Below are positions 28,093 to 38,831 of a DNA stretch of 64,000 nucleotides, one piece after another. This DNA is from Opitutia bacterium. GTDB taxonomy: Bacteria; Verrucomicrobiota; Verrucomicrobiia; Opitutales; Opitutaceae. Where the stretch lies: NCBI GenBank assembly GCA_947478395.1, contig CANJVR010000001.1, forward strand, positions 288,001 through 352,000, in the 5' to 3' direction. Made by a program: the position numbers and the translations under genes. The number at the start of each line of letters is the position of its first letter. Positions within the stretch are counted from its first letter, which is position 1. The notes below the pieces were generated by a model. That model was not told the DNA's origin. It did not search any database and worked only from the letters and a program-made list of their open reading frames with translations.

Positions 28093-30597
28093 TTATTTCA
28101 CTCCGGCCAGCAAAGGGAAGCTCTTCGCTTTCGTGCTGCGCTGCACCAACTGCGAATCGACTCCGAGACGAGCCAACACGGGGCCCGCACGCTCCGCGGC
28201 GGCGTCAAACCACTCCATTACGTCGATGGCGCCCTTAGTCGGGACCAACGCCGAATCAGCGGGAGAAGAATCCAGCAAGAGTCCAGCGAGCAAGCCGAGC
28301 GACGCTTGACCGGCGACGAGAGTCGGCGCCGGCGCACAGGCCGCCATCGCATAGACCCCCTGCGCGCGCGACCAACGCTCCACGGCCGCTCCCAATGCGA
28401 AGCCAGAAGGCTTTCCACTTGCACCAATCCATGGGCCAAGGTCGGAGGCGTCCAAAATCAAAACTCGATTCAACGCCTTGGCGGTCCCCAACCACTCGGC
28501 AAGATCGTCGCCATCCAGCCCTCGCGTTCGAATATCGTTTTCCTGGCCGGCCGATCCCAGCCGCAGGTCCTCGGGCGCAAAATAGAAATGTTGGCCGATC
28601 ATCGTCCCACGACCGCAGACCAGCAACATGACGGTGTCTCCCGGTTGGCTAAGATTACCCACATCGAGCAGCGTCTCCTTCACCCGGGCTCGGGTCGCCT
28701 CATGCCCAAAAAGAGAAACGACATCCACTCGATCATAAAGCGCGCCGCGCCGCCGCTGAACGAAATCGGCCAACGCCCGGGCATCTCCTTCGGCCTGCTT
28801 AAAATTCAATTTCGCGTCCGCGTACTCACTCATGCCCACCGCGACCACAAACACGCGCCCTTTGCGATCCGCCCGGCGCGAGGAGCTGATTTCCGTTTCC
28901 GCCGGAAGCGACTCCCATGAACCGTCCTCGGACGCCGCGACCACCCGAATCTGATTGGTGCCGTTGCCCAGATTCAGGGGAAACGAATAACGCGAGGTCG
29001 ACCCCGTCCGGGTAATCTCGGGGTTAACCGGGATGCGCGCGCCGTTGTTGAAGATTTGTGGCGCCGCAACCCCGCCGCCCTGATCCACGGCCTCAACCAC
29101 CAAGGTGATTTGCGCTTCGGCCGTGGTGCGAATTTTGGGGGCGGTGATTTTCACCACCGGCGGCAGCTTCTTTCCCAGCTGCGTTGCGGCCATGGGACGC
29201 TCTCCGCGATAAATTTCAGCCAACAGTCCGGGGCGATAGAACTGCCCGAAAAATTGATCGGCAGACGCGCCGGGCAGATTGCTCGAGAAACGATAGCCGA
29301 TCATGCGGCGACCGGGCTCCGAACCATCGAAGAGACCGTCGGTCGCGACCACCGCCCACGTCTTTCCCCCGCGACTGCTCGCCAAGGAAACCAACTCCAC
29401 ACCGGTGGCCACGTCGAAGAGCCGCGCGGTGCCATCGCGCGACGAAGTCAGCAAAATGCGACCGTCCGGACTGAGCGCCACCGACTGAAGATCGGAGCCA
29501 TGGCCGGAGAATTCGCGCAGTAACTCGCGACTCGCGGTGCTCCACATCTTCGCGGTCGCATCCTTGCCGGCACTGAAGAAGCGGCTGCCATCCGGCGTGA
29601 AGGCGATGGCGTTGAGATCGAGATTAACCCGCCGCGTGGCTCCAAGCGCCTTGCCCGTCGCCACCTCCCACTCGTTGACGTTGTTGGCGAAGTTGGAAGC
29701 CGCCAGAATTTTGCCGTCGGGACTGAAGACGATGCCCGAAACCGTGTCCTGCGTGCGCAGCGAAAAAAGCCGCTCACCGCTGTCCGCGTTCCACAGGATG
29801 GCGTTCTTGTCCGTGGACCCCGTCGCGACGGTCCGTCCGTCCGGGCTGATTCCTACCGCGACCACTTCATCCGTATGACCAGCGAACGTACGAATCTGCG
29901 CGCCGGTAGCCGCATCCCAAAGGATGGCGGTTTTGTCCGTCGACCCCGTCACGACGCGCTTACCGTCCGGACTGAAGACCGCAGAATTCACTGCGGCGGT
30001 ATGACCTTTGAACCGGCGAATGAGGCGGCCCGATGCGACGTTCCACAACGCCGCCGTGGTATCCACCGAAGCCGTTAACAAGAATTCGCCGTTCGGGCTG
30101 AACGCGATGGACTGCACCGCTTGAAGATGGCCCGCAAAATTTCGCACCGGGCGCCCGGCCACCAGATCCCAAAGGACGATCGAATTGTCCTCTGACCCCG
30201 TCGCCAGCAGGCGGCCGTCGGGGCTGAACGTCGCCCAAAGAACCGCGATGACCGAGTCCATCAATATCGTCGTCGGCTTGTCGACGGGCACCAGATTGAA
30301 CGGGACGCGTACGCGCTGGCCGGGCGCGAGATCGACCGTGCGCTGCGCTTCGGTGGCATCAGAAAATTTCACGACGACCGCGACATGCTGCGTCTGGCTC
30401 GCATCGAACTGTTTGAATTCAAACGTCCGCCGGTCCGCCGCATCTTGACCATCAACGGTGGCCGTCGCTCCGGCCGGAAGGAGGAGCTCCATGACGGCAG
30501 GAAGTAGCAGCGATTGCTCTGCTGCCGGTTGCGCCCGACCAAGGTCCGGCAGCAAAACCGCCGCCAGGAGCCCTAACCCGAAAAAAATGCGTCGCAT
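28093..30597 (-). CDS. Secreted WD40-repeat protein with C-terminal caspase-like (C14) domain, catalytic dyad substituted
   Basis: About 7 GH...FSPDG...W repeats; VVAVGMSEY...A-x-x-DA caspase N-terminus; CGRG and LDASD at the positions of the usual SGHG and LDAC. Confidence 0.85.
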   Translation of the reverse strand: MRRIFFGLGLLAAVLLPDLGRAQPAAEQSLLLPAVMELLLPAGATATVDGQDAADRRTFEFKQFDASQTQHVAVVVKFSDATEAQRTVDLAPGQRVRVPFNLVPVDKPTTILMDSVIAVLWATFSPDGRLLATGSEDNSIVLWDLVAGRPVRNFAGHLQAVQSIAFSPNGEFLLTASVDTTAALWNVASGRLIRRFKGHTAAVNSAVFSPDGKRVVTGSTDKTAILWDAATGAQIRTFAGHTDEVVAVGISPDGRTVATGSTDKNAILWNADSGERLFSLRTQDTVSGIVFSPDGKILAASNFANNVNEWEVATGKALGATRRVNLDLNAIAFTPDGSRFFSAGKDATAKMWSTASRELLREFSGHGSDLQSVALSPDGRILLTSSRDGTARLFDVATGVELVSLASSRGGKTWAVVATDGLFDGSEPGRRMIGYRFSSNLPGASADQFFGQFYRPGLLAEIYRGERPMAATQLGKKLPPVVKITAPKIRTTAEAQITLVVEAVDQGGGVAAPQIFNNGARIPVNPEITRTGSTSRYSFPLNLGNGTNQIRVVAASEDGSWESLPAETEISSSRRADRKGRVFVVAVGMSEYADAKLNFKQAEGDARALADFVQRRRGALYDRVDVVSLFGHEATRARVKETLLDVGNLSQPGDTVMLLVCGRGTMIGQHFYFAPEDLRLGSAGQENDIRTRGLDGDDLAEWLGTAKALNRVLILDASDLGPWIGASGKPSGFALGAAVERWSRAQGVYAMAACAPAPTLVAGQASLGLLAGLLLDSSPADSALVPTKGAIDVMEWFDAAAERAGPVLARLGVDSQLVQRSTKAKSFPLLAGVK

Positions 30598-30663
30598 AGA
30601 GTGATCGTCGGCCAGGAAATCCGTAGGGCGTGAAATTTGGAGTTCGCTCAAGCGCGCCTGCGC

Positions 30664-32004
30664 TTACGTGAGCTGGCCCAGGAGTCCAGTGCTGTCGCCG
30701 ATGCGTTCGGAGGGAGTGCCAAAGCGGTCCAACATCGACATCCAAAGATTATTCAACGGCGTGTTCTCGGCGTAGCGGACATAGCGGCCGGACTTGATCG
30801 CACCGCCCCCACGGCCCGCCAAAATAACGGGCAACTCTTCGTGCGCATGCCGATTCGGGTCTGCAATCGCGCTACCAAAAACAATCATGCTGTTATCGAG
30901 CAGCGTGCCTTCGCCCTCCTTCACCGATTTCATCTTTTTGACCAGGTAGGCGAACTGCTGCATTTGATAGATACTGATCGCCTTCAGCTTCTCCAAATTC
31001 TCGGGTTTGTTCTGGTGATGGGAGATCGTGTGGTGACCTTCGTTCACGCCGACCATGCGATATTTTTGCTCACTGCCTTCGCGCCCGAGCATCAAAGTGG
31101 AGATGCGGGTAACATCAGTTTGAAACGCGAGCACCATGATATCGGCCATCAGCCGAATGTGCTCGGTCAGGTCGGCCGGCACACCGGCCGGACGCGACAC
31201 ATCGTCGGGCAACGTCAGCGGCGACAGCGTCTCCGCGCGCGTGATCTGCTGCTCCAGCTCGCGCACGCTCGTCAGGTATTGGTCGAGTTTGTGACGGTCG
31301 TTACCACCCAACGTACGATTGAGGTCGCGCGCATCGGCCATCACCGAGTCGAGGACACTCGCGCGCAGTTTGTTGCGCGCAATGGTTTCGGGGTCGTTGG
31401 CTTTTTCGGCAAACAGCCGATCGAAAATGATCTTCGGGTTTACTTCGGTCGGCAGCGGCGTGGTGGCGTCGCGCCAGGAAAGCGTGTGTTCGTAGACGCA
31501 GGCGTAGCCGCTATCGCAATTTCCGCTGCCGCGATAACCCTCGATCGCCATTTCCAAAGAGGGAAAACGCGTTTTCTGGCCGACGTGCGCCGCGGCGTAT
31601 TGATCCACGGAGATTCCGGCTTCGATATTCAGGCCGGCGGTTTTCTTCGGCTGGGCACCCGTCAAATAGGCCCCACCCGCGCGAGCGTGGTCGCCGCCGC
31701 CATCGCCGTTGGCCCGGGCCTTGTCGCACGCGAGGCCACCGAGCACGAGCATGTCCTTGCGATGCTCGGCCATGGGCTTGAGGCAATCGCTCAGCTCGTA
31801 GTTAGCGCCGGCGTCGCCCTTCGGCATCCAGTAAGGCATGTACGCGCCCTGCGGAATATAAACCCACGCCATGCGCACCGGCGGCGTGGCCGCGGCCGTG
31901 GCGGCCCGCAAGGGCCGGGGCACAAGTGATTCCAAAAACGGCAGAGCCATCAACGTCCCGGCGCCCCGCAGAAAAGTGCGGCGCGGCATGTGCAGTGTTT
32001 TCAT
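30664..32004 (-). CDS. DUF1552-domain protein
   Basis: MPRRTFLRG signal, GGDHAR, CDSGYACVY, GHHTISHH, NRHAHEELP. Confidence 0.9.
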   Translation of the reverse strand: MKTLHMPRRTFLRGAGTLMALPFLESLVPRPLRAATAAATPPVRMAWVYIPQGAYMPYWMPKGDAGANYELSDCLKPMAEHRKDMLVLGGLACDKARANGDGGGDHARAGGAYLTGAQPKKTAGLNIEAGISVDQYAAAHVGQKTRFPSLEMAIEGYRGSGNCDSGYACVYEHTLSWRDATTPLPTEVNPKIIFDRLFAEKANDPETIARNKLRASVLDSVMADARDLNRTLGGNDRHKLDQYLTSVRELEQQITRAETLSPLTLPDDVSRPAGVPADLTEHIRLMADIMVLAFQTDVTRISTLMLGREGSEQKYRMVGVNEGHHTISHHQNKPENLEKLKAISIYQMQQFAYLVKKMKSVKEGEGTLLDNSMIVFGSAIADPNRHAHEELPVILAGRGGGAIKSGRYVRYAENTPLNNLWMSMLDRFGTPSERIGDSTGLLGQLT

Positions 32005-34283
32005 AGATTTTCTCCCGTGGCGGTTCTCTTCTGAAAGGGGTCGCTGTTCACGATCTCGGCAACGAGCGAGGAAAAGCGGTAGTCGTTTTTCGATAAGGCC
32101 GTCACGATCTGCTCGACCGTGGGCCGATCATAAAATTCGAGGCCCCGACCGATGGAATACGTGAGCATCTTGTTGACGACATTGCGCACGAATAAATCCC
32201 GCTTCGTATCGAGCACGGCCTTCAACCCGTCGGCGCCTTCGAATTTCTTCCCGTCTGGCAACACGCCGGACGCGTCGATCGGGGAGGCGCCGTCCTTTTC
32301 CCGCCAAGCGCCGATCGGATCAAAATTTTCGAAAGCAAAACCAAGCGGGTCCATTTTCGAATGGCAGGACGCGCACACCGGGTTGGCGCGATGCTGTTCC
32401 AACACCTGTCGCATCGTGCCCTTGAGTTGCTTGCCCTCCTCGAGCGGCGGCACGTTGGCCGGCGGTGGCGGCGGCGGTGTGTTGAGAATTTCCTCCATGA
32501 TAAACTTACCCCGTTTCACCGGCGAGGTCCGTGTCGCATTGGAATTCAGGGCGAGCACGCTCGCCATCGTGAGCACTCCGCCGCGATGCGGCGGCGCCTT
32601 TACGCGGATGAACTTATCGCCCGTCACGCCCTCGATGCCGTAAAGCTTGGCCAGCGGCTCGTTCACAAAGGTGAAATTCGCGTTGAGCAGTTCCAAGACA
32701 CTGCGGTCTTCCCGAGCCACGGCTTCGAAAAACAAATCGCTTTCCTGCAGCATCGCCTGCTGCAGCCTCCGGTCGAACGCCGGAAACATCCCCGGATCGG
32801 GCGAGATCAAGTCGAGTTTACGCAGCGTCAGCCATTGTTCGCAGAAATTCTGAAGGAACGAACTTGATTTGGGATCCTTGATCATCCGCCGGACCTGACC
32901 CGCGAGATTGCCGCGCAACTGACCCTTCGCCGCGAGCGCAAGCAGCGCGTCATCGGGCATGCTATTCCAAAGAAAATAGGAAAGCCGGCTCGCCAGTTCA
33001 TATTCGTTGATCGTGTAGCTCTCGCCCGCCTTCACGCCCGTCGGGTCTCGTTCAACGCGAAAAAGAAAATCCGGCGACATCAACACCCGGTAAAGCGCCG
33101 CGCGAACGCCCTGCTCGAATTGTTCGCCCCGCTTTTCCGCGGCATCGTAGAACGCCAGACACTTTTCCACTTCGCCGGCGCGCAACGGACGACGGTAAGC
33201 CTTGGCGGCAAAACGCGCGACGATTTCTCTCGCCGCCTCCCGCGGCGCCAGGCCGGCCTTATGCGCCATCAGCCGCGTGTGCACCTCGGGATACTTCAAC
33301 GGCGGCACGTTGAACGGGCCTTCCACTTCCAGACTTTGGACCTGGAGCGCCGGCGCCTGTTCTTTCGCCCCAGCCGCAGGCCGCATGGGATTCAAAAACG
33401 CCACGGTCAACCGCTGGGTCTTCGGCTTCATCGCCATCTTCACCTCAAACTTCGTCGGTTGCGCGGAAGGCTTCACCGTGAATTCCTTCACGTCCTTTCC
33501 GTCCACTCGCAGCATCGCGCGCAGCGAACCGCGCGCAGACTGATTGCTGCCCAAAGAGAGGCGAACGAGGTAGTCGCCTTCCTCAAAGGAGGCGAGTCCG
33601 CCGATTTCTCCCTCGGTCAGCGCGGCTGGTAAACGCTCGGCGGCCACGGTTGCCCGGGCGGGCTTGGGCGGTTGCGCAACGATGATCGCTTGCTCGAGGA
33701 TGGATTCCGTCGCCGCCAGATATTTTTCCAACAACAACGGGGACACCGACAGCACATCGCCGATGTTGTCGAAGCCGTACCCCACGTCGTCCGCGGGAAA
33801 ATCCTCCGCCGGCTTGAAATCCACTCCGATCAAATCCCGCACCGTGTTGTTGAATTCAGTTTTATTCAGACGGCGCAGAGTAACGCGACCGGCATTGGGG
33901 GGCGTGTTGGCCGCCAACGTCGTCCGCACGCCGTGAATCGCCGCGATGACGTTGTCGACCTCAACTTGAGAAGGCTGGGGTTCGTCTTCCGGCGGCATTT
34001 CGCGGTGCGCCAGCTTTTCCACCACCATATCCCAGACGTCCGGATCTTTCTGCATGGACTGGGCATCCTTGAATTTCTCCAGCACGACATCGCCCTTCGA
34101 CTTGCCGCTGCCGTGACACGAAAAACAATTCTTCGAGACAAACGGTATGACGTCCCGCTGGAACGCGTTCTCCGCGCCCGCGAGGTTACCCGCAGATTCA
34201 GCGCCCGCGGCGAGCGTGCGGACGACCGAAGCTACACTGAGCCCTGCGAGGGCGAAAAAATGGGCGGGCAGCAGCTTACGCAC
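32001..34283 (-). CDS. DUF1592-domain cytochrome c-like protein
   Basis: CFSCH and CASCH; RRLNKTEFNNTVRDL, GFDNIG, ELASRLSYFLW, RTSPVKRG. Confidence 0.9.
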   Translation of the reverse strand: MRKLLPAHFFALAGLSVASVVRTLAAGAESAGNLAGAENAFQRDVIPFVSKNCFSCHGSGKSKGDVVLEKFKDAQSMQKDPDVWDMVVEKLAHREMPPEDEPQPSQVEVDNVIAAIHGVRTTLAANTPPNAGRVTLRRLNKTEFNNTVRDLIGVDFKPAEDFPADDVGYGFDNIGDVLSVSPLLLEKYLAATESILEQAIIVAQPPKPARATVAAERLPAALTEGEIGGLASFEEGDYLVRLSLGSNQSARGSLRAMLRVDGKDVKEFTVKPSAQPTKFEVKMAMKPKTQRLTVAFLNPMRPAAGAKEQAPALQVQSLEVEGPFNVPPLKYPEVHTRLMAHKAGLAPREAAREIVARFAAKAYRRPLRAGEVEKCLAFYDAAEKRGEQFEQGVRAALYRVLMSPDFLFRVERDPTGVKAGESYTINEYELASRLSYFLWNSMPDDALLALAAKGQLRGNLAGQVRRMIKDPKSSSFLQNFCEQWLTLRKLDLISPDPGMFPAFDRRLQQAMLQESDLFFEAVAREDRSVLELLNANFTFVNEPLAKLYGIEGVTGDKFIRVKAPPHRGGVLTMASVLALNSNATRTSPVKRGKFIMEEILNTPPPPPPANVPPLEEGKQLKGTMRQVLEQHRANPVCASCHSKMDPLGFAFENFDPIGAWREKDGASPIDASGVLPDGKKFEGADGLKAVLDTKRDLFVRNVVNKMLTYSIGRGLEFYDRPTVEQIVTALSKNDYRFSSLVAEIVNSDPFQKRTATGENL

Positions 34284-34548
34284 GGAAGCAAAGAGGGGTT
34301 AGACTTCGCACGAGAAAAAAGTTGAGCCGAAGATTTCCTGGACTCAACCACGATTGACGAACCTTGGCGGGAAACGTTCTCGAACCGACTTCGATTCCAC
34401 CCCTTCTCTAAGAGGAGGACCGCTCGATGCCCGGCGCCGGCACGGGCGCCGGCGCGTCGTGGCCCCAGAGTGGTACCGTCATTCTTCAGAAATGGGTTCG
34501 GGAATTTTCATGGCGAATAGGCCGAATCGGAGTTTGAAACCTTTTTCC

Positions 34549-35439
34549 ATGAACCCTCCTACTCCGTTTCGTCCCGGATTTCTCCTCTTGATCGCGGCCG
34601 CGTGTTTCGCCCCCGGCGTTTTTGCGCAAGCGCCCAAGCTCAATATTCCCGCACCGAGTCCAGCCGCTACACTCAAGCAGCGCGTCGGCCTCACGGACAT
34701 CGAGATCACCTACTCGCGCCCCGGCATGAAAGGCCGGAAAGTTTTCGGTCCCGTTGAGACGAAGCCCCTGGAGCCCTTCGGCGAAACCTGGCGCGCGGGT
34801 GCCAACGAGGCCACGCGAATCATTTTCAGCACGCCGGTAAAAATTAACGGAAAGGAAATTCCTGCCGGCACCTATGGGCTTTTCGCCGAGCTGGGAAAAG
34901 ATGAGTGGACCGTGATTCTTAACAAAATAGCGCAGCAGTGGGGCGCCTATTCCTACAACGTGAAAGACGACGTCGTGCGCGTGAAGGCCAAGGTCACCGC
35001 GATCACGCCGGCCGTCGAGACGTTCACCATCGACGTAAACGATATCCGCGATGATTCCGCCACGATCAGTCTAGCGTGGGAAAACACGCGGGTGGCGGTG
35101 CCGTTCCAAGTCGACGTGGTCGGCCCGGTGCAGGCGCAAATCGAAGCGGTGATGGCTTCTGACGCCGCAAAAAAACCGTACGTCGAAGCCGCGATGTTTT
35201 ATCTCGACCACCACCTCGACCTGAAGAAAGCGGCCGCGTGGATGGAAGCCGCGATCGCCGCGCAGCCGGACGCCTTCTACCTCGTTTATCGCCTCGCGAA
35301 AGTTCAGGCCGCCGCCGGCGACAAGGCCGCCGCGATCGCGACCGCCAAGAAATCGATCGAAGGCGCGACGAAAGCGCCCCCCGCGCTCAAGGAAGAATAC
35401 ACGCGCCTCAACGAAGCGCTCATCACCAGCCTAAAATAA
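34549..35439 (+). CDS. DUF2911-domain protein with C-terminal TPR-like helices
   Basis: Signal peptide; PSP...QRVGLTDIEITYSRP...WRAGANEAT. Confidence 0.88.
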   Translation: MNPPTPFRPGFLLLIAAACFAPGVFAQAPKLNIPAPSPAATLKQRVGLTDIEITYSRPGMKGRKVFGPVETKPLEPFGETWRAGANEATRIIFSTPVKINGKEIPAGTYGLFAELGKDEWTVILNKIAQQWGAYSYNVKDDVVRVKAKVTAITPAVETFTIDVNDIRDDSATISLAWENTRVAVPFQVDVVGPVQAQIEAVMASDAAKKPYVEAAMFYLDHHLDLKKAAAWMEAAIAAQPDAFYLVYRLAKVQAAAGDKAAAIATAKKSIEGATKAPPALKEEYTRLNEALITSLK

Positions 35440-35535
35440 GAAACGGCGGCCAAGTCGTATTTCGACTGCTCACAAAAAGCCCAAAGAGCGCAAAAACAAT
35501 TCAGGGATAGATAGTGAAGTCTGGAGCGGATTACG

Positions 35536-35648
35536 TTTTCCGTGGCCGTTCTGGGTCGCGGCAGGCGTCGCTGCCTGCCGGGTTCGTCGTTATCGTTTCG
35601 GCGGGCCGGGACGCGTGCCGCTACGGCGTGAGCAGCTGCGCATTTTTA
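35536..35648 (+). repeat. REPIN-like element copy 2 (degenerate)
   Basis: ttttccgtggccgtt...gcggcaggcgtcgctgcctgccg...gggacgcgtgccgctac, colinear with copy 1. Confidence 0.8.
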
Positions 35649-35655
35649 CAGCGCG

Positions 35656-36480
35656 CTAAATTTGCGAATAATCCTTCGGCGTGAGAAAGCGCGCCGTGTT
35701 CTTCGACGTGTTGTCCTTGTATTGCGGGTCGGCAGACATCGCTTTCCAGCGAGGATCCGGACTGAACTTGGCCCAGCCGGCGAGATGCGCCGCGAGATCC
35801 GGACCGCTGGTGAAATAGCGCAGGTGCGGCAGATTCGGACCGGCGACGCCTTGGCCAAAAAGGGATGGCGACATGCCGAGGTCCTTCATCAGAGAAATTT
35901 CACCCTGATTGAACATCGCCATCTTGCTGAGGGCCGCTAGCTCGCTGTGGCTCTCGTAGTCCCGCATCTCAAACACCCGCGTCGGCACGCGGTTCTTGGA
36001 AAACGCAGGCAGCTCCATCCGCGGCATACCCTGAAAGGCGCGGTACAGCCACGTGTCGATGCGATCAAACGCCGGACTTGCCTTGGGCACGGTGAGATAG
36101 TCGCCCCCTGCAGCCTGCACGGCGGCGTCGGCGTTGAGGTCCGCGCTGACGTTCATGAAAGACTCGAGCGACAAGTGCGGTATCAGCACCCAAATCGGCG
36201 AGTCGGTGATTGGCGTCGAAGTGACGGCCTTTTTATCCACCTGGATTTCGGTAAACACGCCGACGTTTTTTACGCCGCGCTGGTTTAATGCCGGGATCAA
36301 GTCCTTGGCCAGATAGCCGTCGAGCAAGGCAGCGGAGGCACCTGCCTTGAGCCGGTAGGAACGCAGCTCGTAGTAGTCACGAGCGCCGGTGGGATTTTCC
36401 GCAGCGGCGAGCGGAGTTTGACCGAGGGAGGCCATGGCAGAAGCGGTAAGTGAGGTGGTGAGGAAATCGCGACGTTTCAT
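35656..36480 (-). CDS. NIPSNAP family protein with Tat signal
   Basis: MKRRDFL signal; YYELRSY and RVFEMRDYES repeats; ends P-x-x-YSQI. Confidence 0.85.
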   Translation of the reverse strand: MKRRDFLTTSLTASAMASLGQTPLAAAENPTGARDYYELRSYRLKAGASAALLDGYLAKDLIPALNQRGVKNVGVFTEIQVDKKAVTSTPITDSPIWVLIPHLSLESFMNVSADLNADAAVQAAGGDYLTVPKASPAFDRIDTWLYRAFQGMPRMELPAFSKNRVPTRVFEMRDYESHSELAALSKMAMFNQGEISLMKDLGMSPSLFGQGVAGPNLPHLRYFTSGPDLAAHLAGWAKFSPDPRWKAMSADPQYKDNTSKNTARFLTPKDYSQI

Positions 36481-36724
36481 TTTGGGGCGTGTAAAAAGAG
36501 GAGAGCGCACCCTGCGGCCAGGGTCCAGCGGGAGAAAATTTAGGCGAGCATCTTGGAACCCTTTCCATCTAGACCGCACCGCGAGACCGCCATCTGGGCA
36601 AGCATTTGTGGGCGCTCAAACTCGCCCGCGGGCATCAGCTGCGGTGGGTTTAGGTTCAAGCAAGGAGAACGAACCGGGCGGTCCGTCCTCCCTCGTCACA
36701 TGAAAACCAAAGAGGTCGGTTTAA

Positions 36725-36797
36725 CAAAAAACGCAGCCGCTGATGACGTAGCGGCCGGGAGCGCTGCCTGCCGCCACACCATACGGCCACGGAAAAA
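36725..36797 (-). repeat. REPIN-like element copy 3 (internally deleted, single REP)
   Basis: aaaaacgcagc cgctgatgacgtagcggc...ctgcctgccg...acggccacggaaaaa retains both flanks. Confidence 0.7.
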
Positions 36798-36814
36798 CTA
36801 AAACCGCTCTCGCT

Positions 36815-38503
36815 TTACTGCCATTCGAGGACGAGCAGCGAAACCGCTTGCCGCGGCAGCGCGAACTTCAAGGTAGCCCCACCGTTCTCGACGCGCACAT
36901 CCGATGGTTCAGCGAGCAGAGTGAGTTTACCGGCCTTTTCCATTTCTACATACTGCGCCTGGTTCGGCGAGGTGGGAGACCCGTATTTTTTCCAAACGCT
37001 GAATGCGTTGCTGTGGGTTTCATCGATACGGTAATGGGTGAGCCGCGCCTGGCCCGCGCCGATGGGCAAATGGGCGACAGCGAGCTCTACCGCGGCCTCC
37101 GGCCCGGCGAGATCGTCGTCGTGATAATGCCAGACCATCACGGAAAGTTTTTTCGCTTCGAGGCCCGTGAGGGCCGCGACATCGGGTTTCCCGCGGACGC
37201 CGTCGCGCATCATCGCATCGAGCGGAATTTCGCCCGTGCTCGTCGTCGACAGCCGTTTGCCGCCCATCTTGCTGAACATGCGGAAAACATTCATGACGGG
37301 CAGGTCGATCCCGCCCGTGGACAACGTCCGCTGGCCGGCGAAAAAGGGCTGGTCCTCGAATTCAAACGACCACGTGAGTGCGCCGTCGAGATTCACTCCG
37401 CGCCGGTCGGCGAGCACATGTTTGCGAGCGAAAACGGCGGCCGTGTAGCTCGAGAACATCGTGGTGTTGCGGTAGCCGAGCTGCGGCCCCTGGCACGCGG
37501 CACAGCCGTCGGGATCGGATTCGCCAATGACGATCGGCTTGTCCTTCAACTCCGGCACGGCCGCGATCAGCGCGAAGCCGGCGTCGACGGCACGAAGTTG
37601 GTTGGAAATCCCGAGCCGCACGTGGTTGTCGACGAAACTCGGCGAACCCTTTGCGTGGAAGGAGACGAAATCGGTGGGCGTCCCCTTGGCTCCCGTGGCG
37701 TAGTTGTTGCCGCGCGCGACATGGGCGAGGAAATCCTCCATGAACTTGCCGCCTGCGCCGGCGACATCGGGTCCGCCCACTCGCGCCGTCGGCAGTGCGC
37801 GTTTCACGCCGGCGATCGCGTAGTCGTGCACCTTGCAGAACTCCTCGACGGTACCGTGCCAGTAGGACGCAAGGTTGGGCTCGTTCCAAACTTCCCAGTA
37901 CCACTTCTCGACCTCGACTTTGCCGTAGCGCTCAACGCAGTGCTTCACCCACTGGTAAACGAGCTCGCTCCATTTGTTATAGTCCTTGGGCGGGTAGCCC
38001 CAACCGGCCCCGATGTTACCGGTGCCAGCGCCGGGCCGCCATTCGTGCTGATACGGGGTCGGCTGCGTCGACATGGCCTCGGGCATGAAGCCGATTTGGG
38101 CATAGGGCCGCACGCCGCGGGCGCGGTAGGTGTCGAAAATCCGATCCACGATCGTCCAGTCATAGATCGGCCGGCCGGCGGCGTCCTCGGTGTAGATATT
38201 CGTGCTGCCCCATTTGTAGGCCGGCGTGCCGTCGCCGGTGTTGAGCAGATTATGCGTGCGGAAAAACAGGTCGTCCTTCCGCAGCTCGCCGAGTTCGCCG
38301 AGCAGTTTCTTTCCGTCCTTCATGTAGGCGTAGTTCGGCTCGTCGGCGCCGAAGAAGCGCCAGATCGGCTTTAACTCACCGACGGGCTTGGCGGCGTCGA
38401 CTTGGATCGAAACTGGAAACGGAACCGCGGGCGTGGGCGCCGTCTGGGCAAATACACTGAGGCCGAACAGAAAAACGAGGGGCGCGGAGACGGGGAATTT
38501 CAT
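36815..38503 (-). CDS. GH39 beta-xylosidase/alpha-L-iduronidase-like glycoside hydrolase
   Basis: FFGADEPNY, RTHNLL, WEVWNEPN, SFHAKG, IGESDP. Confidence 0.9.
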   Translation of the reverse strand: MKFPVSAPLVFLFGLSVFAQTAPTPAVPFPVSIQVDAAKPVGELKPIWRFFGADEPNYAYMKDGKKLLGELGELRKDDLFFRTHNLLNTGDGTPAYKWGSTNIYTEDAAGRPIYDWTIVDRIFDTYRARGVRPYAQIGFMPEAMSTQPTPYQHEWRPGAGTGNIGAGWGYPPKDYNKWSELVYQWVKHCVERYGKVEVEKWYWEVWNEPNLASYWHGTVEEFCKVHDYAIAGVKRALPTARVGGPDVAGAGGKFMEDFLAHVARGNNYATGAKGTPTDFVSFHAKGSPSFVDNHVRLGISNQLRAVDAGFALIAAVPELKDKPIVIGESDPDGCAACQGPQLGYRNTTMFSSYTAAVFARKHVLADRRGVNLDGALTWSFEFEDQPFFAGQRTLSTGGIDLPVMNVFRMFSKMGGKRLSTTSTGEIPLDAMMRDGVRGKPDVAALTGLEAKKLSVMVWHYHDDDLAGPEAAVELAVAHLPIGAGQARLTHYRIDETHSNAFSVWKKYGSPTSPNQAQYVEMEKAGKLTLLAEPSDVRVENGGATLKFALPRQAVSLLVLEWQ

Positions 38504-38831
38504 AGTGGGAGAAACGGACAGGGGGTGGATTAAGCCTCCAGATTGTGGTCCAAACACCAGCAACCAACAACCCGAGAATTTATGGATCGTCCGGAACCGA
38601 GGTAGCTTTCGGGCACGAACGCAGATCTAACCTGGCTTGCGGACGCCACCTCGCGGACGGCTTAGACCAACGCTCCGGCCATAAATTTTGATTCGAACGG
38701 CCGCGGATGGTGTTTTGCGGCGCACCGCTTTTTTCCGCTGGCGCGCTTGGCTCGACGAAAGACGTCTCGTTAGTAAACGGGGCACGACCGCCAAAAGCGT
38801 CATCGCTCGGCGCAGCGACCGCCCCGGAAAC

